20,412 bases of DNA, from positions 848,642-869,053 of the forward strand of contig CAJNUA010000025.1 in NCBI GenBank assembly GCA_905330235.1. The letters are read 5' to 3'. The notes beneath the pieces are model-generated. The model was not told the DNA's origin. It saw only the letters and a list, made by a program, of their open reading frames with translations, and did no database searches. Each line of letters opens with the position of its first letter. Position 1 is the first letter of the stretch. The translations under genes were made by a program, and so were the position numbers. This document shows positions 1 to 8,889 of the stretch, one piece after another. Source of the DNA: Rotaria sp. Taxonomy: Eukaryota.

Positions 1-1461
1 TTTTTTTTGGGAAAATTGATCAAGTTATAATTTTGAAAAATAATGAATATCATTATTTGTGACTTGATTAATATATATGATAGTGTTCAAGATCTGCTGT
101 AGATATCATAGATATATAAAACATACTTATTTGTCAATCAATTCAATGATTATAATAATAAGAATGTTAAATTAAGAAAAACGAATTTAAAAAAATGAAA
201 AATAATGAGCGAATAGCAACAATGCAAACAAAAAATAGGGCACTCGTAGAGAAAAATGAAAAAATTCTGTTCGAAATGGAGAAATTAGAGAAGTCATTAT
301 TCGAGACATCGATCACCCTGCAAGACAGCTATAGTCTACTAGAGATTTTTCACTTTACGTATTTTGCATTAGTTTAATGAGGCTAGAGTGTATATGCGAG
401 TTCCACATTTTAGCCCCAAAGGGGCTGCGCTAACAAACTTATTTTTTTAATTTCATGACAAATAGAACCTTTATTCTACAGTGCCGAACAGAATAAACTA
501 AAATGTCTATCAAACTTTGGTCACTTTTTGACAAAGAATATGATTACCTCAGTTCAGAAAGAGCTGCTCGGCAAAACTTTTGTCTACCATGCAACAAGCA
601 GGATGCGACTCAATAGTGATTTGTGTACGAAAAAGTTTTAAACAAGATTTCTTAACCTGCTTAGTGTTGCAATATTGCCAAACTTCCAAATGTTTCGTAA
701 AACACTAATCAAAATAATGAAGAATTGATTTTTGTTCGTACATTCACCCTTTGTGTTGTTGCTCAACAGAAATTGAGGCTTGCCTCAGATTTTGTGATAA
801 TAATTATCAGTGAAGGCGCTCAAACATTTGCTTTCTTCGTGACAAAAAAAAACCAACATTTACTCAGTCGGTCGTTATACAGTTCGTTTGAGGTTGTTTT
901 GCAAAAATCATAGATTGAGTTTCTCTGTCTATTTGCCAGATGTTTACAAAAAAAAATACACTCGCGCAAATACACCACCTAACATCTGGTTGAACGTCAA
1001 CTTCAGAAAAATATGAGACAACTGTTTTTCAAAGACTTGTTGCTTACTAAATATACCTTCAGGATGATATTGGTAACTGTTCTTTAAAAAACTGATCTTC
1101 CTAAAGTTTAAGAGCTCCACCAATTCAATTATCAGAATTAGTATTTGCTTTGGGATGGTGACATTCGAAAAGAATATTATTCAAACTATTTCGCAATATA
1201 GGATTATTGTTTTCTCCTCTTGTATGTTTTCGCTTTTTCGTTGACGTTGTTGAAGTGCTGGTATTGCTTTTTTTACTTTTCAATTGATGAAGGAAATAAT
1301 TCTCTCAAATTAACTTTGATGAATTGCGACGTATAAATAATAATTGATTTATTTTACTAAATTGTATCTCAAATAATAGTCTTACTCAGGGGGTATAAAA
1401 AGTAGTAGCGAAGGTACTTTAATTTCTTATAAAATATTTTGAAAAACTTTTCCTGTAAATG

Positions 1462-1594
1462 GACTGATAGTAAAAACGATACTCTATTTTTCTGTGCTGT
1501 TACAATCTTCTTCAACTAATATCATAATAATAAAATTTCGATAAGAGCTATTCATTATTATATGTAGCAATAACATCAGATCATATTTGTCTTC
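1462..1594. repeat. Left arm of the inverted repeat pair
   Basis: Directly aligned by eye to the reverse complement of 2104-2234; includes a perfectly matching 41-mer core aatatcataataataaaatttcgataagagctatt. Confidence 0.85.
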
Positions 1595-2103
1595 GAGACT
1601 TATCCTCTTCTTGTTCTTAGCTTCTCTTTTTTTTCTCATCTCCTTTAATGTTTAATCGTCTAAATATAAATTAGAGTGCGCGAAAAGTAGTATTAACAAA
1701 ACAGAAAGAAATACATAAACAAGTTCATCAAGTCCTTATTTCATCGAAATGTTCGAAATAATCCCTGTGGTTTTCCATACACAACTACACTCGTTGAATC
1801 CATTTGTCAAAGCTTTTTCTATAATCTTTTTCATTTAAACATTTTATGAGGTTGATTACAACACGATGCAATGATTCTAAATCGTTTTGATTGCTTAGAT
1901 TTTGTTTGATTAAGTCGAATAAGCAAAAATCATATAGTGTCAAATCCGAAGAATGAGGTTTACGTTACATTATCGTCATACCTTCCGATGGAAGAATATT
2001 GAACACATCTTTTTGAATATATAATTTCTCATTAGAAATAGATAGGTACCGTAAAGGGAACGAGGAAAATAGAAAGGTGGAAATAAAAAAGAGAATACAC
2101 TGT

Positions 2104-2234
2104 GAAGACATATGATCTGCTGTTCTTGCCACATATCATAACAAATAGCTCTTATCGAAATTTTATTATTATGATATTATTTAAAGAATAACGTAATAAC
2201 ATAGAAATATAGAATGTCATTTTTACTATCAGTC
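2104..2234. repeat. Right arm of the inverted repeat pair
   Basis: Reverse complement of 1462-1594 at about 87% identity. Confidence 0.85.
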
Positions 2235-2676
2235 AACACAAAGAGGAAGTTTCTTTAAGATCTTTATAAACAAGTGTGGTACCTGGACTACTACGTTTGA
2301 TACGACGATTAAGTATTTTTAATTTAAGGTAATAGCACGTTGCGAAAAGTGAAATGTTGGCAGCAGCTAGTGTCTGGTAATGACAGTTTTTCTCAAAGAA
2401 GACTAATAAAATCGTAACAGGAAGTCTAAATGCTTTTCCGGAACAGAGACGGGAAATTGAGAAAAGTCGTTCTCGTAAGACATTATTTCCATATGACTGA
2501 AAGTCGTTAATCATAGATGAATTGATATTTTCAAGTCAAAGATTCATAATATAAAGGATTTCAAATACTATTATAATATCTAATAACTTTTTGAATAAAA
2601 AATTCTGTGTAATATTAACTGAAACTGTCTTTTTTCTCTAGAAGTTTATTTGATTCCAAAAGAAAAACAATATCAC

Positions 2677-2747
2677 CTTGATGAATCTCGTGGACCAATA
2701 ACACGAAGATTATGAAGTAATGGTGATGGCATTCGCTTCGGTTGACC
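2677..2747 (-). CDS. RPGRIP1L: RPGRIP1L-like exon 5
   Basis: The acceptor is aaatgttttaaAG and the donor is AG|gtgata, leaving phase 2. It encodes [23 protein letters not shown], and [10 protein letters not shown] aligns with human [10 protein letters not shown]. Confidence 0.55.
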
Positions 2748-3439
2748 CTTTAAAACATTTAATAATAAATAAAAATAAATTAAGAAAATTGTTTTACTGT
2801 ATCAATTCTTGATGTAACATTATCATACATAGTAGGTGATTTTTTCATTTGTTGTGCCGCTTGTAATTGTTGTTGAGCAACAACAATGCGTTGTTTAAGT
2901 AATTTATTTTGTTCACTTAATTGAGATATTTTATTACGATATTCAGCAAGAAGATTTTCAGTTTCGGTTTCACGAGCGCCAAGTTTAATTCCTTATATTT
3001 ATTTAAGAAGATATTAAATTTATTTTATTTTTTAAAACTATTTACTTACCTAAAGGAATTCCATCACTTTTCTTTTTATCTTCAATTACTTTTGTTAATT
3101 TGGTTGCTAATCTAAAGAAAGAAAAATTTTAAATACAAATAAAAATTTTTTTTGTTTTTTTTTTTTTTTTACTTTTTAATTTTATCTTCTTGCTTTCGAG
3201 CATGCTGTTTAAGAACCAAATGGTCATCATATAAACGTAAATATCGATCTTGAAGTTCAGCTGGATCAAGTTTGGCAATCATTTGACGTTCATTTGATAT
3301 TCTTTTAGCTTGACCTAAAATTATCCGATATTTGATATATATATATATAAATCAATTAGATTTCTTTTAGTTTAAAACTACCTTGAGATTGGTCAAGGCC
3401 AGATGTAACACTCGTATCTCGTACTGGAGTAAAATCCAT
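2677..3439 (-). CDS. RPGRIP1L: RPGRIP1/RPGRIP1L-like ('fantom') gene, 5' part: exons 1-5 resolved, with the gene continuing toward lower coordinates and out of the resolved region
   Basis: Exons on the minus strand are 3382-3439, 3173-3314, 3050-3111, 2798-2991 and 2677-2747. The spliced N-terminus is [175 protein letters not shown]. It is collinear with the human RPGRIP1L N-terminus as recalled: [51 protein letters not shown]...[42 protein letters not shown]. An in-frame TAA lies 5 codons upstream of the ATG. Confidence 0.7.
2798..2991 (-). CDS. RPGRIP1L: RPGRIP1L-like exon 4 (coiled coil)
   Basis: The acceptor is taaataaatataAG and the donor is ACA|gtaaaa. It encodes [65 protein letters not shown]. 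If this donor is skipped, the frame reads VKQFS and stops at 2780, which would give a possible short isoform. Confidence 0.7.
3050..3111 (-). CDS. RPGRIP1L: RPGRIP1L-like exon 3
   Basis: The acceptor is ctttctttAG and the donor is G|gtaagt. It encodes [21 protein letters not shown]. Confidence 0.75.
3146..3170. repeat. Poly-T homopolymer tract (T8 G T16) within RPGRIP1L-like intron 2
   Basis: tttttttt g tttttttttttttttt. Confidence 0.9.
3173..3314 (-). CDS. RPGRIP1L: RPGRIP1L-like exon 2 (conserved [13 protein letters not shown] motif)
   Basis: The acceptor is ggataattttAG and the donor is AA|gtaaaa, leaving phase 2. It encodes [47 protein letters not shown]. Confidence 0.75.
3335..3349. 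repeat. (AT)7 dinucleotide microsatellite within RPGRIP1L-like intron 1
   Basis: atatatatatatata. Confidence 0.85.
3382..3439 (-). CDS. RPGRIP1L: RPGRIP1L-like exon 1 (initiator ATG at 3439..3437)
   Basis: It encodes [19 protein letters not shown]. The donor is G|gtagtt, leaving phase 1, and an upstream in-frame stop is present. Confidence 0.6.
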
Positions 3440-5060
3440 CACTGTTCTTATTTACGTAATATATAGATCTTTTCACATTAAAATAATCTTTCACAAAATG
3501 TTATGATGTACCGAAGTTTTGTTAATCTCCTCTTTAAATCACAATTTGTAAATAATCAAAATGAGACTTTATATGACTCTATGATAGTATACCATAGTAG
3601 TATGTATGGTGAGTTCTGTTACTAAGATGTGTTACTCACATTTTATTACATGATGCTTTTAATGACAGATGGCAGTATTCAGCAGTAATAATTCATTTCA
3701 ATGCTCACAACAAGGGAAATTTTCAAAGAAAGTAAAAACAATAAAATTTGATAATGTTTGAGCAATCATCAATGAATATGTAATAGGATATATAATTCAT
3801 AGAAGAAAATAGATTAAAATATTATATCATCGATAGAATAAAACTTTAAAACATTACGTATATTTTCAAATAATTGAATTGTCATTTTGAATGTAAACTA
3901 TTTCTTCAGCAATGCTATGATCTCTCAACAAATATCGAAAATAAAGTTATCAAAACATATATATTCTCACAATAGTTATAATGTTTCAAATTACTGAGGC
4001 GTAATATGGAAATACAAATGCTCAAGGTGTGAGTACAGGTGTCGAGATTTGAGGATGAATGAGAAGTCTGGATCTTCTCTTCATCGACCTACATTCATAT
4101 TAGAGTCTATCAGGTCCAACATTTTTGGACCCGAACCTGGTCGAACAGTACTTGAATACCTTCATCGAAATAGAATAGCCTCTCCGAAGATAAGAGATAC
4201 TTGTTTTTCTAGATTTTTGTATTTGGTGACTAGTGCATTCTACACATTTCTCAGACGATTCATTTGAGAAATGTCTACGACAGGACTAATCGAGTCTGGA
4301 ACTAATCCAAGAGGCTTCATCACACACTCTTATCATATATAACTGACACAAAAAAAAACATAAAACTTCCACGATTGTATCAAATTCTTTCCGTATTTCG
4401 CCATTGCTCTTCGTAAAAAAAAACATTTATTTTTATGGATAACAGTAGTACAAATGAAATAAATATATTGAATTCTTTATCTTTAACTAAACGATAACTT
4501 ATATAATTTCAATATTTTAGTTTTCGATTAAACTTAAATTAACTAATGCTATTTCTAATTTGAACAGAAAAATCTACATTATATAATTTTCCGATATATT
4601 CCTTTTACATATGAAACATGATAGTCATTATTATCATTCGACAACAAATAATGAAAATATTCAGATGATTATTACAACTCTTTTCAATTGTTTTATTGAA
4701 ATAAATTTATCAACCATTCTACATTATTATTTATTATGAAAAATAACCAAATATTTATTGAACACAATCTAATATGCATCTCATTTTTTTTGTGTTTGTT
4801 TTTTTTTTGTGAATACAAATATTATACATTCGTTCACTGAGTAAAGCATTCTTCGGTTCGCTTTGCCATCAAATGACGACGTGTACTCGAAGTAGAAAAC
4901 AATAAACAAGAATATTAGCAAAACTGTCCAAGTAAGAAACGAACAATCGCACACACCCACACACAAAAGAAACACAAATACATTTAGAACTAATAAAGAG
5001 AACCTATGTGAAAAAGAAAAGCGAACACCTGAGCATCATTGAATAACGAAAACAAAAGAA

Positions 5061-5274
5061 TTATGATCCATTTTTATGATTCATCTCTGAGACTGATGAT
5101 GATGATGATGACGACGATGATGATAAGTGTGGTCGTTCATCACTTTTTTCTACTGTTACCGATTGATGATTTGCATTCGATCCATTAGCAACAGTTAATG
5201 ATGTTTCACGAAGTTCATCAAGTGGATTAGTAAAAGCATCATCAAGACCAGCCATTGTTATTAATTCACCCAAA
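5061..5274 (-). CDS. CEP78: CEP78 exon 12 (terminal): conserved LGELITMAGLDD motif, a poly-Ser tract, and the stop (TAA, which is TTA on the plus strand at 5061-5063)
   Basis: The acceptor is aattttatAG. It encodes RLGELITMAGLDDAFTNPLDELRETSLTVANGSNANHQSVTVEKSDERPHLSSSSSSSSSSVSEMNHKNGS*. Confidence 0.85.
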
Positions 5275-8200
5275 CTATAAAATTAAAAAGAAAATTTTTT
5301 ATTAATTGAATAAATAAAAGAAATTTACCGTTTCGATCGAAGAAAATCAAGAAATTTTTGAAATTTTTGAAATGTATTTTCAACTACTGCACAAAAATGA
5401 TCTTGTTCTCGTTGTGCTAAATCATTTTTGGCTAAAACCTAATTAATTAATTAAAAAACACATAATTAATATAAGAAAATATGTTATTGCAATTCTTCCA
5501 AAATTAAAATATAAAACACAATGTAACTATTATTGTTAATCACAGGAAAATTATTTTGGAGAACATTTCTTAACTATCCTTTCACTTAATCCTTCAAAAA
5601 TATAATAAAGAAACAGTTAATATACAGTTTTTGACCTTATATCAACAATGCCTATGATAGGTTCTGACTAGCTCATCCCACGATTTTGGCAGAAGGTTGT
5701 GATTTTCTATCCTATATGCTTCAACACTGATTTCAGATCATTCTACACAAGACAAACACATACTAATCTTTGCATTATTCTTTTTACCTGTTGAAGTTGT
5801 TCTTCTAATTGTTTTTTAGCTTGACGTTCTTCGCGTAGTTTATTTTCTAATCTTTGTATTCGACTCTATAACAATAAAATTTCATTAGATCTTATTTTAA
5901 TATTTCTTATAGAATAACATACGATTGGATTTTCTTTTATTGTTTGTTGTGGTAAATCACCACCAACACCAGCACCATAAATCGATTCTTCTGATGAATG
6001 AAAAGCGCGTGTTGGTAATTTAGGTGGAAATCCACTGGTCAGAAAAAGAAACACACAGAAATTCTCTAATAGCATAACATTTTGAAAAACATATATATAA
6101 ACATACGGCAATCGACTTGCACGAGCAGCTGTTCTCCATGGTATTCCATCACTTCTTGGTTCAGTTGAAACCGATCCTGTTGATTTACTACGTTGCAATT
6201 TATTTGGATCAACAGGTGTTTTCGGATGAAAATAGGCTGGTCGATTAGCACCTGTTGTTGTTGATGTTGTTGTTGTTCGAGCAATTTTTGAACGTGGACG
6301 TCGAGGAGATTCAAGTTTTAACCATTTATACTATATCAACAAAAACAAAAATTGAATTATTTATTGTTTTTTTTTTAAATTTTTAATTAACTACAAACTT
6401 CACATAAACGATCATCTTCACAATTAATTAATAATTGTTCAATTAATTTTTCCATAATATCACGATCAACAAGAGGATTATTACGAATATCAATTATATG
6501 TATCAGACTATTGTATTTAGCTGCATTTAAAAATTCTTTCGCACCATTTGTTGATATCGCGCAATCTTGAAGATCGAGAGCTGAAAAAGAAAGTAATAAC
6601 ATTGACTTATTTTAAAATAAAGAAATTCTCTTTTATTTTCTTAAATATTAAAACATCAAAAAATAGAAACCTTTCCATGATGTTGTTAATGCGTAGGAAG
6701 TACAACAAAGAGAATAAAAATATCCTGTTTCCTACTCAGTAGACGTAACGGTCGAGATTTGTGCAACTAACAGTATCCACAACTCAGAAATTAGCAATTC
6801 AAGAAAATGACGGGTGAGTGTGGTTGTTCATTTAACTGTGTTAAGTATATAAAAGACATTCACCGTGTTCTTTAATTTCCATAATAATCTGAAAGATCTC
6901 AGACATTGCGTTATAGATACGTCTCGAACTGCGAATTTCTGAATCGTAGGTAAATCTCCCATCGATTATTTATATACAGATCGTAGTATCTGACAGGATC
7001 CTAGCAAAAATATCATTCAAATAAGGATATCCGCCATATAATTTGTCAGAACACTCTGACACATCGTTATATCAATGGAAAAGTTTTATTTAAAAGAAAA
7101 AACAAGAAGTTCACAAGTGTCTGCATTCCTCAATCAAATTTATTTCGTTCTCTAATAACAATAAATCTCAATGGAATTAAAATTAGAAAGGAATAAAATT
7201 ATTTATCTTTGATTTTATCAAATAAATACATACCCTTAATCCAAAGATCAGCTTCAAGTACTTCAGCTAAAAATGTAGCACCACGATCAGCAATTAATGT
7301 ATTTCGATTAAGTGTTACACGTCGTAAACCAGACATATGATCAAGCATTGGATTTTGATATGGTAAACTTTCTTTTTGTTGATGACGAAGACTTTCTTTC
7401 CAAACATCTGTGTGACGTCGATTTCCTTGTTGCTAGAAAATCAGAAAAAAAAAATGTCTTATTTGATCGAATCCTGACCTGATAATCTTTTTTCTCAATG
7501 TCATGAAATAGAATGAACACGCGACAATAATTTTTGAATAATCACATTGTGTTTCGTGTTCTCCTTCATAGTTATATTTTTTTCTTCAATTCATTTCTAT
7601 AGAATTCTTTTTTTGTTTTAGTCATTACGATAAACAATGGAACAATGTCATTCATACCAAATGAATTTTATTTTTCAATTGGTCATGTAGCTGCTATATT
7701 TAGTCTTCTATTTATTGTGACAATCATTATTATTATTATACTTCTTGTACTTGCTCAACAACGGCAGAGAAGTTATTATGATTCGGATGAATTTAGAAGT
7801 GAAACTGATCTAACATCAACTGAATATAATTCATTAGAACTTATAAATTTGAAATAATCATCAAACAATGACATTAATTATTTCAATTAGATATTAATGA
7901 GAGAATAAACAAACTCAATTAATAATGAATGAAAAACTTTTGTACGAAATAGTTTGTAAGACATATATCGATTACCTTATTTCGCGTAAAATTTTTGAAT
8001 ATAATTTTAAAAAAACTATTAACTTACTCTAATAAGATCAGCAATTATATGTGCACCTTGACTGGTGAGTGAGCAAGCTGAAAAATCGACTTCACGAATT
8101 TTTGGTGCTTGATTCAAATGTCGACAAAGAACTGCATGAAAGAGAAATGGGCTTTTTTTTTCGACTTTCAACTTATAAAATTCTCTTACTATCAAGGCCT

Positions 8201-8889
8201 TCATCACCAATTGGACTATTTGTAAGACGAAAATGAATAAGTGATTTACATTTTGCAATACCCTTTAAAAAATAAATATATTTATTTCAACGATTAAATA
8301 GTTTTTCATGCTACTTGAGCTAAAATTGTTAAATCTTTACGTCGAAATGGAAGACCATCGAATTCAAGTAAGACAAGTTCTGTTGTTATTAAAAGACTAT
8401 CTTTAATATGTGTACAAATTTTTGAAAGTAATTCTTTTGATTGAAATATTGGTGGACGTTTTGAAGCAGATGAAGCTCGCTTTAATGTTCGTCGTTCAGC
8501 TAATTTAAAAACAAATACAAACATTTGAATTATTCTCTTTCACAAAAAAAAAAAATCAACAAACCTTCAGCAAAATTACTTGATAATGAATTATAATATT
8601 GACTACGTAATGTAAGAGAACGAAGTGTTTTACATGTACCAATAGCAGAACATAAAGGTGTCCAATCATCGAATCTAAATAAAATAGTTTTGAAAAATAG
8701 AACGAAGGAATAAAGTATATTGGATCTATACCGAAGATTATCAGTATCTAAATCAATAATTCCAGAATCAAGTTTTATTTTTACAACTGACAAAGGTAAT
8801 AAATGATATTGACGACAATAATCGTCGTATTTCGGACCGAGATCACATGGAACATCTGATGTTGTTTTAGTTATTGGGTCGACACGCAT
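5061..8889 (-). CDS. CEP78: CEP78-like gene (centrosomal protein 78), complete with 12 coding exons and 582 aa: RNase-inhibitor-type LRRs followed by a coiled-coil C-terminus
   Basis: Exons on the minus strand are 8732-8889, 8565-8674, 8315-8499, 8190-8262, 8028-8131, 7234-7432, 6399-6580, 6107-6330, 5923-6034, 5788-5865, 5329-5438 and 5061-5274. The joined CDS is 1749 nt, divisible by 3. The spliced protein is collinear with human CEP78 as recalled: MRVDPITK...YDDYC matches MIDSVKLR...YEYLC; RKDLTILAQGIAKCKSLIHFRLTNSPIGDEGLD matches [54 protein letters not shown] matches [51 protein letters not shown] matches [48 protein letters not shown]...[10 protein letters not shown] matches ALDLQQCGLTNEGAKAL...LDIRKNPLID; DGIPWRTAARASRLPGFP matches GFLPWRTAERAKRHRGFP; VENTFQKFQKFLDFL...LGELITMAGLDD matches IENSFQKFHAFLDLL...LGQLATMAGIDQ. 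Confidence 0.85.
5095..5124. repeat. (GAT/GAC)10 coding trinucleotide microsatellite, which is the poly-Ser(10) tract of CEP78 read on the minus strand
   Basis: gatgatgatgatgatgacgacgatgatgat read on the minus strand gives ten consecutive Ser codons. Confidence 0.9.
5329..5438 (-). CDS. CEP78: CEP78 exon 11
   Basis: The acceptor is ttaattaattAG and the donor is CG|gtaaat, leaving phase 2. It encodes VLAKNDLAQREQDHFCAVVENTFQKFQKFLDFLRSK. Confidence 0.82.
5788..5865 (-). CDS. CEP78: CEP78 exon 10 (coiled coil)
   Basis: The acceptor is ttattgttatAG and the donor is CAG|gtaaaa. It encodes SRIQRLENKLREERQAKKQLEEQLQQ. Confidence 0.82.
5923..6034 (-). CDS. CEP78: CEP78 exon 9
   Basis: The acceptor is tttctgaccAG and the donor is ATC|gtatgt. 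It encodes PGFPPKLPTRAFHSSEESIYGAGVGGDLPQQTIKENPI. Confidence 0.82.
6107..6330 (-). CDS. CEP78: CEP78 exon 8 (Thr/Ser/Arg-rich linker)
   Basis: The acceptor is gttgatatAG and the donor is CC|gtatgt, leaving phase 2. It encodes YKWLKLESPRRPRSKIARTTTTSTTTGANRPAYFHPKTPVDPNKLQRSKSTGSVSTEPRSDGIPWRTAARASRL, matching human EYQWITSP...LPWRTAERAKR. Confidence 0.8.
6399..6580 (-). CDS. CEP78: CEP78 exon 7 (LRR)
   Basis: The acceptor is ctttctttttcAG and the donor is GAA|gtttgt. It encodes [61 protein letters not shown]. Confidence 0.82.
7234..7432 (-). CDS. CEP78: CEP78 exon 6 (LRR)
   Basis: The acceptor is ttttctAG and the donor is G|gtatgt, leaving phase 1. It encodes [66 protein letters not shown]. 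Confidence 0.85.
8028..8131 (-). CDS. CEP78: CEP78 exon 5 (LRR)
   Basis: The acceptor is ctctttcatgcAG and the donor is AGA|gtaagt. It encodes [35 protein letters not shown]. Confidence 0.82.
8190..8262 (-). CDS. CEP78: CEP78 exon 4 (LRR)
   Basis: The acceptor is ttttttaaAG and the donor is A|gtaaga. It encodes GIAKCKSLIHFRLTNSPIGDEGLD. Confidence 0.75.
8315..8499 (-). CDS. CEP78: CEP78 exon 3
   Basis: The acceptor is ttttaaattAG. The donor CAA|gtagca is non-consensus and is the weakest junction in the gene. It encodes AERRTLKRASSASKRPPIFQSKELLSKICTHIKDSLLITTELVLLEFDGLPFRRKDLTILAQ. Confidence 0.7.
8565..8674 (-). CDS. CEP78: CEP78 exon 2
   Basis: The acceptor is ttttatttAG and the donor is G|gtttgt, leaving phase 1. 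It encodes RFDDWTPLCSAIGTCKTLRSLTLRSQYYNSLSSNFAE. Confidence 0.8.
8732..8889 (-). CDS. CEP78: CEP78 exon 1 (initiator ATG at 8889..8887)
   Basis: It encodes MRVDPITKTTSDVPCDLGPKYDDYCRQYHLLPLSVVKIKLDSGIIDLDTDNL. The minus-strand donor is CG|gtatag, leaving phase 2. Confidence 0.8.

Larger units (their letters stand above)
1462..2234. mobile_element. Foldback / MITE-like element: two ~130-bp terminal inverted repeats of about 87% identity flanking a ~510-bp internal region
   Basis: The left arm at 1462-1594 (gactgatagtaaaaacgatactctattttt...aatatcataataataaaatttcgataagagctattcattattatatgtagcaataacatcagatcatatttgtcttc) is the reverse complement of the right arm at 2104-2234 (gaagacatatgatctgctgttcttgccacatatcataacaaatagctcttatcgaaattttattattatgatatt...aatgtcatttttactatcagtc), with about 17 mismatches over about 131 nt. 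Weaker inverted similarity continues another ~50 bp inward on both sides. Confidence 0.5.

Noticed and set aside
195-377. A 60-aa plus-strand ORF with a coiled-coil-like KNRALVEKNEKILFEMEKLEKSL
   Set aside because: It is short with no splice or homology support, and such K/E-rich ORFs arise readily in A-rich DNA.
412-426. Perfect short palindrome AGCCCC-AAA-GGGGCT
   Set aside because: A 6-bp stem is too short to be meaningful without conservation or a surrounding functional context. It is noted only because it stands out in AT-rich sequence.
2233-2514. A 93-aa minus-strand ORF whose start (DFQSYGNNVLRERL) faintly resembles RPGRIP1L FTKYGNSLLEEAR
   Set aside because: The only nearby acceptor (actttcAG at about 2497) is in the wrong phase relative to exon 5 (phase 2), and the rest of the ORF is hydrophobic junk overlapping the inverted-repeat arm. 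This is probably coincidence, although an intervening micro-exon cannot be excluded.
4049-4267. A 72-aa plus-strand ORF in a GC-richer island
   Set aside because: There is no recognisable domain, codon usage differs from the local genes, and it sits in the intergenic region between two minus-strand genes. It is more likely a transposon fragment than a gene.
6066-6314. A minus-strand ORF with a QQQHQQQQ run, and the overlapping ORF 5866-6198
   Set aside because: These are alternative frames across CEP78 exon 8 and its flanking introns. The poly-Q comes from the (ACA/CAA)n that encodes the TTTTSTTT tract in the true frame. The correct reading is the spliced CEP78 frame.
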